Of a stretch of 64,000 nucleotides of DNA, positions 1 to 14,139 are shown one piece after another. Location: contig NC_079166.1 in the NCBI RefSeq assembly GCF_947568905.1, forward strand, positions 80,972,001 through 81,036,000, written 5' to 3'. The position numbers were made by a program, and so were the translations under genes. The stretch comes from Ostrea edulis. Taxonomy: Eukaryota. Position 1 is the stretch's first letter; every line of letters starts with the position of its first letter. The notes beneath the pieces were generated by a model, which made no database searches, was not told where the DNA came from, and saw only the letters and a program-made list of their open reading frames with translations.

Positions 1-1029
1 GTACAATTATTGTCGGATGAAATCGAGGAAATTTAGATCTTTTAGATTAAAGAATTCTTCCGACACAAAATATAGTCCTTTCCAAACCCTTTCAAAATTG
101 GAATCGACAAAACTGGAAATGTTCAAGTAGTAAATACATGTATATGATATATCTGAACCATTAGAATAAGTATTGAAGCGTTATCCACACAGTTACGTAG
201 CATACTGCGCAGATATTCTCAAACGCTGAGTAACCCACTTCCTGCATTGTACGTCACACGCGCCAGGGCCAGGCTACTAACAACGGTTAACTTTATTATA
301 CTTAAGCATATAAGGGAAAACATGTCAAAAATTTACATTTGTAGACTTTTTATAGATGAATCATTTTTTGCATAATTACTTCACGGATTCTACTTTAAAT
401 CTCGAAAACATTACAACACACGTTCATGTGGCGCTCTTATTCTTTATTGGGTGAAGTATATGAGGCGCCGTTTTGTTTTGCTTTCATTATTTTGTTTTTG
501 TTTTAATTATATTGAATATTAATTATATATCCCCTTTGAATAAGTGATATCACTTAATGGTGATAAATTCATACCAAAACGATTGTAAGTTCCACAAATG
601 TACGTCCTTTTTGACGAGAAGTTCCATTTTGATTTCATGGAGCGCATGCCAACATCCATGAGAAACGTTGAAGAAGTATGTAAGACAAATTATTGAACAC
701 AATCGTGCTTCCACAACAACAACAAAATAAAATGCTTCCACAACAACAACAAAATAAACAAACAACTTTTAATAGATCTTTAATTTACCCGTCATATGTA
801 AACTTGGATTAAGATATGTGGATTAAAATTGATAATAAAACTTGGGAATTTTTACATTTTTTTTTTACAATACGTTATGCCGACTTTTAAAAGCCAAACA
901 GTAAAACACATATAAAAATACGTTATATCAACTATCATAACACACACGTATATGTTATGTCGACTTCTTAAAACCCAACCAGTATGACTCATATAAATAT
1001 ACTTTATGTCAACTAGAATTACACACATA

Positions 1030-1350
1030 CATATATATACATTATATCTACTAGTGTTACACACATACATGTAAATACGTTATGTCTACTAGTATTACAC
1101 ACATACATGTAAATACGTTATGCATTATAACACACATACATGTAAATACGTTATGCATTATAACACACATTTACATGTAAATACGTTATGCATTATAACA
1201 CACATACATGTAAATACGTTATGCATTATAACACACATACATGTAAATACGTTATGCATTATAACACACATATGCATACAGTACGTTATGCTGACTTGTA
1301 AAGCCAACCAATATGATACACATACATGTATATATGTTATGTCGACTTGT
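1030..1350. repeat. 33-bp minisatellite (cattataacacacatacatgtaaatacgttatg)
   Basis: Direct tandem copies visible, with degenerate flanks from ~870. Confidence 0.9.
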
Positions 1351-2058
1351 TAAACTTTTAAAAAAACTTTTTTAACAACACGCGACTTGTAAATTGACGT
1401 CATACACGTATATAAATAGAGAGTTACAGTGAACTCCGATTTGTAATTTCAGACTATACAAGATTTTCAGTACCTATGTAGACTATGTACGTACATGGCC
1501 ACAAGTACGTCATATGTATAAATATAGACATTGAATGGAATTCGCTGTTCCCTCCGTCATGTTCATTCGGTGGATAACATATACATCGTATTACACAGTG
1601 CACACTATAACATTGCTTTTCCGTATAAATGATGCGGTCATGGGTTCGTTTGATCAGGGAAACAACAATCTAATTGTCTTTATTGGCTAGAAACGTCGGA
1701 AGTACTATCCGATAAAGAACAAACATTAAAATATGATCGTAAGGCTAAACCAGCGACTCGGGATGTTCGTAATAGCGATGATCGAGTTAAAAATGTGTAC
1801 GTATTGATTTCATTAGTGAGAGAATGAAAACAACAATCGACCATCCATACACGTATAATTCTGACTGAGACAAGTGAATCTATCTGATGTGTATGTTACT
1901 TTATTGTGAATGTCACAGTCTTAGGAAATGAATGCTTGTTTGTTTTGTCGGAGTGGAACACAGTTGAATAATTCTGGCATAATCCGTAAACACCTGGTAT
2001 ATTCGATAGAAATAAACTAGACTTTTATCTCAGTTGTCCAAATATTGTTCACTAAACT

Positions 2059-2896
2059 TCACTTAGGCGTTGAAAGGCTGTTTGTACTTGCATCACTGCG
2101 TAAACAATGAAAGAAAAAGAATTCTTTCTGACGCAACATTGGTAAATGAAAATAACATTTTATACAGGCTTTACATATTGTATTCTGCATCACCTACGTC
2201 TGCTTCAACAACTTATATCAGCTCATTGTCGTCTACTTCAACAACTTATATCAGCTCATTGTCGTCTGCTTCAACAACTTATATCAGTTCATTGTCGTCT
2301 GCTTCAACAACTTATATCAGTTCATTGTCGTCTGCTTCAACAACTTATATCAGTACACCGTACGTCTGTTTCAGCAACATGCACCAGCTCATTGTCGTCT
2401 GTTTCAGCAACTTACATCAGCGCCTTGTCCTCTGTTTCAGCAACTTACATCAGCGCATTATCGTCTGTTTCAGCAACATCCACCAGCACATTATCGTTTA
2501 TTTCAGCAACTTACATCAGTTCATTGTCGTCTGCTTCAGCAACTTACATCAGCGCATTATAGTCTGCGTCCGCTACATGTTCAGTGCGGCTGTGAAATTC
2601 TTGTTTTATTACCTTTATGAAATGTATACATTTCCATACATTTTGAAATGGTCATTATACTTCATCTTTGATTCACAAGAGAGATGCAGTGCATGATGGG
2701 ACATGGCAGAATGAGGATGTCGGTAAAAGTTTATTTAGAACCACAATATTGTACAGATGTTTTAAAACTTGGGATATATTTTCTGTATATAGGAAAGTTA
2801 TACTTTTGTGAAAAACAGTAATTGGTGTCCTGTAAAAGTACCTACATGACTGCTTCTTCAGAAAGCACCCGAGATTCAGAATTGGTACAAAATATC
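2059..2896 (-). CDS. Candidate 3' end of an unidentified gene (three small exons)
   Basis: join(2896-2846, 2589-2548, 2095-2059), all phase 2 with GT-AG, gives ...IFCTNSESRVLSEEAVIRTEHVADADYNALIDASTNSLSTPK*. Only this frame stays open. No homology recognised. Confidence 0.33.
2190..2570. repeat. 33-bp minisatellite (tcgtctgcttcaacaacttatatcagctcattg)
   Basis: About 11 tandem copies; the source of ORFs 2070-2696 and 2146-2562. Confidence 0.92.
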
Positions 2897-4350
2897 CTGT
2901 TAGTATGTGTACATGTATTCAATCTATAAATGTAACAATAAGGATGACATTGTATGATTTCATATTGTATCCGATCTTCTCTAATCAGATATGGTAGCAT
3001 AAAATAAATATAATGAGTCCAAACAAACGCATTAAGATAATCTAAAGATTTTAACACCATTTAGGACAACAATTTTCATTAAGAACAATACGCATGGAAT
3101 AAAAAATGTCGAATGGTCAACAACAGCGCCGATAATCACCTTTATATGAATACTTGACAACGCGACTTTGTAGTTTCATGTTGCCTTTTGGCGTTTGTTA
3201 TCATAATTAACATTAATTGTGAGATGGGATTCTCATACATTAATATTCAACAGAATTTTATGTCGCATTACCATAATATATTTGACCTACAATCGTGCAT
3301 ATGTTTTGATTGATTGAAAGCCGGACAGTACAGTAGACGTTTAGTACCTCTCGATCACCCAATAAAATCATGAAAAACTTCATACAGACAGTAAATAATC
3401 TTGATTACATATATTTACCACGTAGAAGCACTAGTAACTACCTTTTTTTGTGGAGCATGATACTTTTTACATTCAGTCACTCAAGAGAGTGTTTGTTTGC
3501 ACTTCTAGAAATCCCTAAAACATTTAAATGGACATGTAGGGGATCCAATTTAAGATGAAGTTTTAACATTGTTCTCCTATGTGGAGAAAACTCTACGTAG
3601 ACGCTGTGTGCTGTAGATTCATTATAACCTCTCCTTATCCTCTCAAACGAAGTTGGGGGGGGGGGGGGCGGGGGAGAGGTTACATGTAAATTTGTTTCAC
3701 TTTGTCCGTCCGTCTGTCCGGAGACACATGTTGTCTCGATTGTTTTTCATTAATTTATACCCAATTTTGTGAAAGTGTTGCATACTATGTAAACCTATGC
3801 ACCGAGCAATCTCAGACTAATTATTTCAATTTTAATCTGAGAAAGTTATGGCCATTTGTCTTTATCTTTTATGATATTTCTGACATTATCTACCCCTAAC
3901 AACTTTTGGAGGCGTATTGCTTTCACCATCTCTGTCTGCATTTTCATTCATTCATCGGTTATTGGGACAATTCACTGGTTTTACCTGGCACAGTGTACAT
4001 TCCAATTGGTGATTAAACAACAATATTGCATTACCGGTACTCAGATTTGTATGTCTTCCCTTTCACTCAATGAATATGATAATAACGAAGCTGAAGGACT
4101 TTAGTGTAGCCTGTAGTATGTAATTAGAGAGAGCATCAATGACGCGTCTTTCTTTTCTTCAGCTATACACTTTTAAGTATGTTCCTACATAGATCCCCCC
4201 ACAGGGGTATCAATTACTCCCGTTAGGACAATTCTAGCTCATATTCCCGAGGTATGCTCGTGGGGACATGATTTTATGGTTGGAAACTTGTTACTGTTTC
4301 TTGAAATTCACTTTCTCTTGCTCATAAATCGAAAATTAACACCCTTCTCC

Positions 4351-4655
4351 ACCGGTCGCAGTAGCACATAGATAAAGTGATTGCTTCGTAATCGGGAGGT
4401 CGTGAGTTTGAGTCCCGCTTGTACCATACCCGCTTCAAAACCTAAGACATAAACATAGGTAGTGATTGCTCCTTTGCCAAACGCTCGACAATCACGGGGC
4501 TTTCGGATATGACCTTAAAAATGGAGGTCCTGTTTAGCGACAGGCTTTTCTAGCAAGTTAAAGAACCCTAACTGCAACGACAGTAAGCGCTAAGCATAGG
4601 TCTAAATTTGTGGTACTTCACCTACAACTGGTGACGTCTTAATATGAGTGAAAAC
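4351..4655 (+). mobile_element. tRNA-derived SINE (degenerate)
   Basis: A-box-like tagcacatagataaag and B-box-like gagtttgagtccc; the body (agcgctaagcataggtctaaattt...ggtgacgtct) is shared with 42520-42776 and 47815-48010. Confidence 0.7.
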
Positions 4656-4964
4656 AAACAACCACTCCCTCCCCAAAGAAAAACATCATATTATAGATTT
4701 TAAACAACACATTCTATGGCCTGTGCTCAGATAGATTTTAGCGCTTCTAATCCTGTTTCCCCGGCTTTCTCCGCGTGATCGTGACTAATAGCCGCGATAG
4801 CAGTGTTATACCCGTTAGTGATAAGCAGTCTTGTAAGATTGGACTTTTCCGATCACAGCTCCGTGTGAGGTGAGTCATTGAACTCCCTGTAAAACTGACT
4901 TAGGACGACGGCACAACCCTAATCTGAAGTAGAACCTTTCCCTCAAGCAATTATATTATGTTTG

Positions 4965-5095
4965 TATTGAACATTGATGTTGCCCTGGATTGTGATATCG
5001 CCCTTGAACATTGATGTTGTCCTGGATTGTGATATCGCCCTTGAACAGGGATGTTGTCCTGGATTGTGATATCGCCCTTGAACAGGGATATTGCT
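4965..5095. repeat. 37-bp tandem repeat (~3.5 copies)
   Basis: gaaca recurs at 4969, 5006, 5043, 5080. Confidence 0.85.
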
Positions 5096-5344
5096 GTGGA
5101 TTTTGATATTGATCCAAATATTGTCTGGACATTGAAAGTGTCTAGGATATTCATATTGACCTGGGCATTGAATTGACTTCGTTGTACAACGACTGTGATA
5201 TGTCAAGTGAAGCTACTGTGGAGTCTAGATTTCGTGGGAGCTCAATTTTTATTGATTTCGTGGATTCTCGTATCCACGAATTTCAAACCACAACGAAATA
5301 TATACTTTATACAATGCTTCAAGGTATAGAAACCATACCAACGA

Positions 5345-5800
5345 AACTACATCCCAACCAAGCAGTAAAATACCCACAACCCATTACAACCAAACAGTAA
5401 AATACCCACAATCCACTACAACCAAACAGTAAAATACCCACAATCCACTACATCCCAAACAAACAGTAAAATACCCACAATCCACTACAACCAGTCAGTA
5501 AAATACCCACAATCCACTACATTCCAAACAAACAGTAAAATACCCACAATCCACTACATTCCAAACAAACAGTAAAATACCCACAATCCACTACAACCAA
5601 ACAGTAAAATACCCACAATCCACTACAACCAGTCAGTAAAATACCCACAATCCACTACATTCCAAACCAAGCAGTAAAATACCCACAATCCCCTACAACC
5701 AAACAGTAAAATACCCACAATCCACTACAACTAAACAGTAAAATACCCACAGTCCACTACATCCCAACCAAGCAGTAAAATACCCACAATCCACTACAAT
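5345..5800. repeat. ~32-36 bp minisatellite (cagtaaaatacccacaatccactacaaccaaa)
   Basis: Tandem copies seen directly. Confidence 0.92.
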
Positions 5801-6439
5801 CGACCCCTCCCCCCACCCTACCCCGTCGGAATTTAAATGATACAAATAGTATCTGATATCATTTAAAAAAAAGTCATGGCCATTATTTACACAATCGAAT
5901 AGCCAGGCTCATTTCTTCGTAAAAAATTGTCTTGAACATTAAGTGATATTTGGGCGGGAAAGAAAACATAATAAATGGCGGGGATTATTGAGAAACGTTT
6001 ATATTATTCACTAAGTAGACATTGTCTCGACAGTTTGTCTCTGACGTCACACTAATTCGATAACGTAATGATTATACCCATAAAGAACAGATGCACGAGG
6101 AAATACTAGATAGTTAAGGCAATAAAAATCATATTTATATTGCTTGGCTTTGCCGCTGTATTCAGTCGGTGCAAATCATACCGTAAGAGTAACAAAGACA
6201 CGCAACGAGGAAATAATATCACATACCATGTATTGAGAGATATTCAGTGTTAGAAACTGGAGAGGGAGAGAGCGACAGAGAAAAAGGTGTCAGCCATAGC
6301 CACGGGGAAGTATGACGGTGTATAAATACAAAGACAACAGATAGTAGGCTATTTTCTGTGGGTGAAAAAAAAATCAAGTAACTTTAAGGGATACACCAGG
6401 TTTATTAGTATTTTGACAGACTATTGGAATATTGAAAAA

Positions 6440-7245
6440 ATGTTGATTTTGAGTTTAGAAACCTTGATGATTTTGAGATTGGAAACCTTGAAGTGATGAT
6501 GATTTAGTTTAGAAACATTGATGAATTAGTGTTTGATAACCTTGACGATTTAGAGTTTAGAGATCTTGATGGTTTAGAGTTTAGAAATCTTGATGATTTA
6601 GAGTTTAGAAACCTTGATGATATAGAGTTTGATAACCTTGATGATTTAGAGTTTAGAGATCTTGATGGTTTAGAGTTTAGAAATCTTGATGATTTAGAGT
6701 TTAGAAACCTTGATGATTCAGTGTTTGATAACCTTGATGATTTAGTGTTTGATGACCTTGATGATTTAGTGTTTGATAACCTTGATGATTTAGTGTTTGA
6801 TAACCTTGATGATTTAGTGTTTGATTACCTTGATGATTTAGTGTTTGATAACCTTGACGATTTAGTGTTTGATAACCTTGATGATTTAGTGTTTGATAAC
6901 CTTGATGATTTAGTGTTTGATAACCTTGATGATTTAGTGTTTGATAACCTTGATGATTTAGAGGTTAGAAACCTTGATGATTTAGTGTTTGATAACCTTG
7001 ACGATTTAGTGTTTGATAACCTTGACGATTTAGTGTTTGATAACTTTGATGATTTAGTGTTTGATAACCTTGATGATTTAGAGTTTAGAAACCTTGATGA
7101 TTTAGAGTTTAGATACCTTGATGATTTAGAGTTTAGAAACCTTGATGATTTAGTGTTTGATAACCTTGATGATTTAGAGTTTAGAAACCTTGATGATTTA
7201 GAGTTTAGATACCTTGATGATTTAGAGTGTAACAACCTTGGTGAC
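6440..7245. repeat. 24-bp minisatellite (ttagtgtttgataaccttgatgat)
   Basis: More than 30 tandem copies; the source of ORF 6529-7275. Confidence 0.95.
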
Positions 7246-7784
7246 ATAAAACGACTGATTTCAGTGGGGACTTAATTTTCGTTTCTTAATTTTTTCGCGG
7301 TTCGGACAAACCAATATATGTAATTTCTTAACAAACTAATTAATGGCAAGTAATTTAATTATTATTGTCCTAGAAAGAGAAAATACAGAAACGACCATAG
7401 ACATACAACACATTCTAATTTCAGCAACTTGTGGATACCCGGAATGGCTTTTCTTAAACTTCAGATTCCGCCATATAATGGGACTTCCACACGAGAGGAG
7501 TCAGTACCCGTTAATGGTCATTCTTGTTAATCTCCTGTTCAGTGGGAAATCTTGTGGAGAGCTGGATGGTGATGTGACATGGCTGGGTTATTAACACTAT
7601 CAGAAGACTCGCTGCAGATCGAAGCAATGCAAAGACTTAAGTGCATAAGGTATTGAATAAGATGTTATTCAAGAAATTATGTCAATTTTAAACATCGATA
7701 CTGTCGGTCACGTGATAAAATCCCTTGGGCTTTATGATAGATTTTGATCACGTACCGACTCCGTCTGTCTAGAATGCGGATCAA

Positions 7785-8086
7785 CAGTGGCGGATCAATG
7801 TCTAGCTTGTCTAGAATGTGTAGTTTGTTTTTGTTTTTTCTTGATTTCCAATGGTTAACACTTGATACTATGACGTCATGGCTAAATCGCGAATCCAGAA
7901 TTAGCTCTTAAGCTGAGACTGGATCCACATTATACATCTATAATTAGGGCGGATTATGAGCCCCTCCCCCCTCCCTGTAATTAAAAATGAAAATAGTTAG
8001 TAGAACAATAGTAAAACCCAGGAGCGCCCCCCCCCCCCGATTCCCAGCCTATTGCCCCCTTGCAACAAATCCTGGATCCGCCACTG
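7785..8086. mobile_element. Non-autonomous TIR element (cagtggcggatc ... gatccgccactg)
   Basis: 12-bp inverted termini, no ORF. Confidence 0.7.
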
Positions 8087-8639
8087 ATATATAATGTTAC
8101 ATCAGGGAAAACATGACCAAACATTACATGTATATTTGTGTATCGACAACGTGTAAAAAATGTCCTTATATAAAAATGTTCGTTACATATACTAATAATT
8201 TAAACTTTTAATAAACACAGGTAAACTGTACAGTTGTTCAGTATGCAGGATATACGTGAATGATGAGAATTCAGACTCCCATCACGAGATAGACTTGAAT
8301 GATGAGAAACGCAAATAGAGAAAACTGGAACATAAACGTGTGCCTTTGATATATTGTATCCAAAAAATATGAAAATGAAAGAATTCGAATTTCTATCCCA
8401 TTTTGTCTTTCTTTGTCAAATAAGGTGTACCCCGTCGCCAGACAGGAATGCTAGTAGATTATATCTCTCTATAGTGTACCTGTGTACTTCCCAGCTTAAT
8501 AAGGAGCAGGAAGTGTAGACCAAGCGGGGAGGGGTGGACGGAAGATCGAGTTCTCATCGACAAGAGGGTGTGTATACGAGGGGGGAAGAACAATGAAGTC
8601 AGTTCAAGTCACCGAGATTGAATTTGAAATTTATAAATT

Positions 8640-9062
8640 TTGTCTTTCTCCATCTGTCTGTCTGTCTTTCTCTGTCTGTCTGTCTGTCTGTCTATCTTTC
8701 TCCGTCTGTCTATCTGTCTTTCTCNNNNNNNNNNNNNNNNNNNNNNNNNNNNNNNNNNNNNNNNNNNNNNNNNNNNNNNNNNNNNNNNNNNNNNNNNNNN
8801 NNNNNNNNNNNNNNNNNNNNNNNNNNNNNNNNNNNNNNNNNNNNNNNNNNNNNNNNNNNNNNNNNNNNNNNNNNNNNNNNNNNNNNNNTCTTTCTCCGTC
8901 TGTCTGTCTTTCTCTGTATCTCTGTCTGTCTTTCTCCGTCTGTCTTTCTCTGTCTGTCTGTCTTTCTCCGTCTGTCTTTCTCCGTCTGTCTATCTGTCTT
9001 TCTCCGTCTGTCTGTCTGTCTTTCTCTGTATGTCCGTCTCTCTCCGTCTGTCTTTCCTTTTC
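8640..9062. repeat. TCTG/TCTC microsatellite containing an assembly gap (N 8725-8888)
   Basis: Seen directly; 164 Ns. Confidence 0.95.
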
Positions 9063-11081
9063 TTAGTGGCGGTGGTCCTCTTGATGATATAAAACTTGGT
9101 GTTAAACCCTTGTCAACAAAACTGGGTGTACCGTGGTACTAAACTACTGCTATATGCATATGTATTGATATTTAGCACACACAGATAAGGAGGCCACTGG
9201 AATCCAAATCCTACCATTGATTTTTGATTTAAAGATGCTCCTTTGGGAATTATCTAAAAATCGGTTTTGAAAAAATAAATTGCTCTGGATAATTTGAATA
9301 ATTTTAACATGTTGAAAAGCCTCAATTTGTGTTCACTTTACGATCAGCCTATTTTTGCTTCGGATTGGATGAGACATGCTGATTGCAACAAAGATACAAA
9401 CGTGTTTACTGTGTTTTAAAATTGGTTGAATTTAAACCGCTTAGTTCTGAGAGAACGCAGTTTCTTTGATCAAGGCCATAGTGATACAGTATCACCAACA
9501 AGTACACAATCTTCTTCTGAAACAGTCTATACATTCTCTGTAATATGAAGACAAAGGCTACCTTTGTTATGAAGTTCGATAAATATTTGTTGAAAATTCC
9601 TTTTACCGATAAACTGTTTTTGAAATGCTTCTGGTGTGATAGTTTAATTTCTTAATCTACGGGATAGTTGTAAGATTAAAAATCGGAAGTATTCGTAACT
9701 AACCTGTTTGTACAGTTCTGAAAAAACGTCATTCGGCATTAAGCTACACTAAGTGTGGAGATGTTTTACATAGAAACTAAATTTCATCGAAAACTATAAA
9801 TTAGCCAGAACTTCTCGCTACAGACAGAAATGAAATCACAGATTGCCCGTGCGTCTCCATTAGAGAATATTTAAAGGAAATCTGCCAAGAATCAATTTAT
9901 TATACGATAAAACAATTTAGTTTATTATCCACTATTCATTGAAATAAGTACATTTCGTGGGTCACATGTGCCAAAGAGGACACCCGGTTCTTAATTCTGG
10001 TATTTCTACAACTTCTCGCCGATCACATGGGACTCTTAGAACCAGTAACAGGTATTGATTCAGTCACGACCTCTCCTTGGATTCTCTAATGTAAACTCTT
10101 AGATTTCCGATTTTGTGCAGAAGATTGAGGCAATGAATCGGCACAGATATCTTTAAATTAAAAACAAATCCCTGTTTATCTCTTTTGTTATGTATCCATT
10201 GTTAAGATAAAGATTACTATAATAAAAACTTTAAATCTAAAACAACTATTTCAAATCAAGGCATGAATTCTTAAGAAAGCATTCCTTAAAATCTGATAGT
10301 AGATGTTTTATCCCGCTATTGTGTTCGTCGCTCTTTTTAGCCTAATCCCAAGGAAAGATGAAATACTAAACGACATTCATTGGCGTGACGGGCGCTATCA
10401 CAGTAAGCATCAATTCGGAAGGTTTCGTGATTCATTGGACAAGGACAATGACAAGGAACGAAAGATAACTCGAATGACCTGATATTGGGACGTATCACTA
10501 ATCGGAGGATCTGATGACTATCCCCTCAGTCATCGGTCCAGATCCGGAGACGCGATGGTAACATTGAATAAACAACAACAGAAAATAATAATTCTATTCA
10601 ATCATCACTGGTACTGTCAAATTGAGATTTTTTTCTTCTTGTTTGATAATTTAACTTAGTGTCTTCAGTTAAAGTGAACACCTGTACGTGACTGTACTCT
10701 TCTAAACGTACATTTGTCTCATAATTTTTTCGTTGAACACAATTTTCTGGAGTATCTGTGCCAAATCGCGAAAGCAAGGGTCAAACTAGGTTTAAGTTTC
10801 GTTCAGAAGGGATTTTTTTTTTCTTTCGTGAAGTCTTGTATAAACAAATTTTTTTTTTTTTTTTTTACGAAATCCAAGATATTTTACACTCATAACAGTT
10901 GGTGAACCCCCATCTATAGGAAGGTGTTGGTGATGCAGAAACACGTGGTGGACTAATCACCCGCCGCGTACAAAGGATTGTTATAGAAGGAGACCCAAGC
11001 TTTTAATCTATCAGTCGTCGAAATTATTTTAACAAGATTTCATCCACTATATTGACGATAGAAAATAACTGTAATGATATC

Positions 11082-11233
11082 GGATTGCTACGCTGAAAAT
11101 ACAGCACCATGGCATTAGAGGATTGCTACGCTGAAAATACAGCACCATGGCATTAGAGGATTGCTACGCTGAAAATACAGCACCATGGCATTAGAGGATT
11201 GCTACGCTGAAAATACAGCACCATGGCATTAGA
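11082..11233. repeat. Perfect 38-bp tandem repeat x4 (ggattgctacgctgaaaatacagcaccatggcattaga)
   Basis: Four identical abutting copies, no spacers. Confidence 0.95.
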
Positions 11234-11541
11234 GCAAAAAAATATCTTCTTTGGAAGTTCAAACGATCTTCGCAGTATGATTTCTATGCCTGGTATATTG
11301 CTTGTACTTTGTTATCTCTTGTCGATGCTAATTTGTCTAAACATAGGATAATGCCCTTGCCTTCAAATACCGAATATCAATTTTATGATTGTGTTTTAAA
11401 TCGTCGCCTTTGTTAAAGATGCTTGGCGTATCCAAATTTTTCTGCAAGTCGAAAATATTCTGGGAAATCAAGATTTTGTACTTTGCAAATAATACACAAT
11501 TACAGGACATGTATGTACGAGTGTTTGCGATGACACACACA

Positions 11542-11596
<55 letters not shown>

Positions 11597-11670
11597 TTTT
11601 ATAACTGTCTAAAGAGGCATTAAAGCCGAAAGCGCTAACAGTGAAATGTTATTCGAGTTTTGTGTTTCTT

Positions 11671-11710
<40 letters not shown>

Positions 11711-12521
11711 ACAATATTCTCTTTGGAAAGTGTGCATATAGCAAACTTCAAACTTATTTTAAAAGCACCCTTACGGTTAAGCAAATCATTCTGTTCGAGA
11801 AATATTAACATCATAGCAAACTACTTGTAGTTTACATAAACAGCCATGCATTGTAACAACGGATTTGCTATTGAAGAGCTCGTCAGTTTCCCATGAAATA
11901 ACTGAAGGAACAGGGGGAGAAACAGCTCAAGGCTGAGGAAATTTGATATCGACCGTAAAACTTCCTCCAAAAATACATCTTGATTTGTAATTTACAGAAG
12001 AAAAACAATCTGGTTGCAATAACATTGATAGGATTTATAATTGAAACGTGATCACCCCGCGGGGGAATAGATCGTCGGAATCAAGATGAAAAAATCATTT
12101 GAACGTCAGGCACCTTGCAGTTATTGGCATTATTGCGTAACTTCAAAGTAGATGGCAAATCATTTTCCAACACTCTTTCACCTGCTTAAGACTTTGATTG
12201 AAAAAGGGCTATAAAAAGCAAGAGCTGGCTGTTTAGCTCCCATCATAAAGTATATTAATTTACGTTTATTGCCGAGAAATAGCGAATCAAACTGTGTTAT
12301 ATGCTCAATGAATTGAATTATATCTCTCAAACTGCTAAAGTAAAAATAATAATAGACAGTTAATATCTGTATAAAACAAGGGTCTTAACACAGGTTTACT
12401 GGGAGAGGAGAAGGGATTAGTTCTATATTATCAGGCTTTTCTCTTTCAGATCCAAACCAAATGAACTACATGTAAATGGACGAAAAGTACTTGCCTTCAC
12501 CAAGGATTTCTGCAAATTATG

Positions 12522-12556
<35 letters not shown>

Positions 12557-12635
12557 CACAAACAAACAATTATAACACCCAACCTTACGTTTACCCCTAG
12601 GATCTAAACGATACATGTGATAATCAATTAATTGA

Positions 12636-12907
12636 TATAAAGCAATAAATAATCACAACTAGGTACTGAAAATTTTCACCCCAGCCCGGGGTCGAACCAG
12701 CGACGTACGGCACCCACCGCCTAGCAAGATTGTCAAACCAGTGCGTAAGTCCACTCGGCCACAACGACAAGGGAAGTCGTTGTGGCCGAGTGGACTTACG
12801 CACTGGTTTGACAATCTTGCTAGGAGGTGGGTGACGTACGTCGCTGGTTCGACCCCGGGCTGGGGCGAAAATTTTCAGTACCTAGTTGTGATTATTTAGT
12901 GCTTTAT

Positions 12908-12908
<1 letters not shown>
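12636..12908. mobile_element. Foldback element: two tRNA-like SINE heads in a 133-bp-arm palindrome
   Basis: Arms 12636-12768 and 12776-12908 with 4 mismatches and a 7-nt loop; each arm has A-box tggccgagtgg and B-box ggttcgaccc; flanked by (TA)n. Confidence 0.8.
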
Positions 12909-12954
<46 letters not shown>

Positions 12955-13611
12955 GTTATATATGGAAACATATTTATCAAATAAAGAACATTCGTTAGAA
13001 ACTATACAGTTGTATTCTCTAGAGACAGTTAATCGATCATATCTGACCAGGGGTTTCTTTAAGAATATTCCAGATATTATTTTGTTAAGCACTTCTACAA
13101 CATTCACAGTATATCACATGATATCAGGTGGTCAAAGCTCTTGATATATAGTGTCAGTCGTAATGTTCACTGTGAGAAAAGCGCTAAATCAAAATGCCGA
13201 ATATCCGTTTTCTGTGACGGAGGATATTCAGCGTCTGTACTTGGGCATAAAAGTTAATTCATAATTCAAAAAAGACTTTTTTATGTTCTAAGAGTGTATA
13301 GTACATTATAGGAGTAAAAATATTAAAAACAGAGTTTTAAAAAAGATTGTTACGGACAATTAAATTCTATGTCCTGCTACTGAACAACTAATTATCTGTT
13401 TATGGTACTTTTCAATCTCCCTATGTAAGGTTGTCAGTCATCAAATCGCTTTACATGTGTTCACCAGTGATTCTACAAACTTTTAAAACTTGTGTTTCAG
13501 ACAAGGGAAATAACTCGTTTCATAATTACTTTTCAGTGATATTTCACGACTGAAATGACATAATTCTTAAGCCACTGTAGAATCATTTTCGTATTAAGCA
13601 ATTGTTGTGGT

Positions 13612-13950
13612 TTTCAGATTGTACTGTATATCTCAGTTCTTCAGATTGTACTGTTTATCTCAGTTCTTCAGATTGTACTGTATATCTCAGTTCTTCAGAT
13701 TGTACTCTATATTTCAGTTCTTCAGACTGTACTCTATATCTCATTATTTCAGATTGTACTCTATATCTCATTATTTCAGACTGTACTCTATATCTCTTTA
13801 TTTCAGATTGTACTCTATATCTCAGATTGTACTCTATATTTCAGTTCTTCAGATTGTACTCTATATCTCAGATCTTCAGATTGTACTCTATATCTCAGGT
13901 TTGCAGATTGTACTGTATATCTCAGGTTTACATATTGTACTCTATATCTC
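13612..13950. repeat. 21-27 bp minisatellite (ttcttcagattgtactctatatctcag)
   Basis: Tandem copies seen directly. Confidence 0.9.
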
Positions 13951-14139
13951 AGGGGGTGGGGATGAATTTGTGCGTATGTTGATATCTTATTACCGCTGGG
14001 TTTTGATGCGGTGGAACAACTCTCTAAATTACATGAATATCTGACCCTCACAATTGATAATGATTATAATTATCATACGCATGCATGTAATACATATTGA
14101 AAAGGATGAACATTTGATACCATAGGCGATAACCAAGTC

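Noticed and set aside
6529-7275. 248-aa LDDLVFDN-repeat ORF resembling an LRR protein
   Set aside because: It is a pure 24-bp minisatellite, open on both strands because the unit is a multiple of 3; there is no unique coding flank or splice context.
8725-8888. X-rich ORFs across the gap
   Set aside because: Artefact of the N-run within a microsatellite.
7400-11080. Exon-like GC-richer patches (7.4-7.6, 8.4-8.6, 9.9-10.6, 10.9-11.1 kb)
   Set aside because: They give plausible short frames on both strands but no consistent phase chain or recognisable homology.
11082-11233. CRISPR-like 38-bp repeats (also the 31.5, 57 and 59.5 kb arrays)
   Set aside because: The units abut with no unique spacers, there are no cas genes, and the context is eukaryotic.
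12776-12870. Functional tRNA gene (also 28036-28174 and 42850-42930)
   Set aside because: A/B boxes are present, but the acceptor stem does not pair and no proper anticodon arm forms; these are SINE-like.
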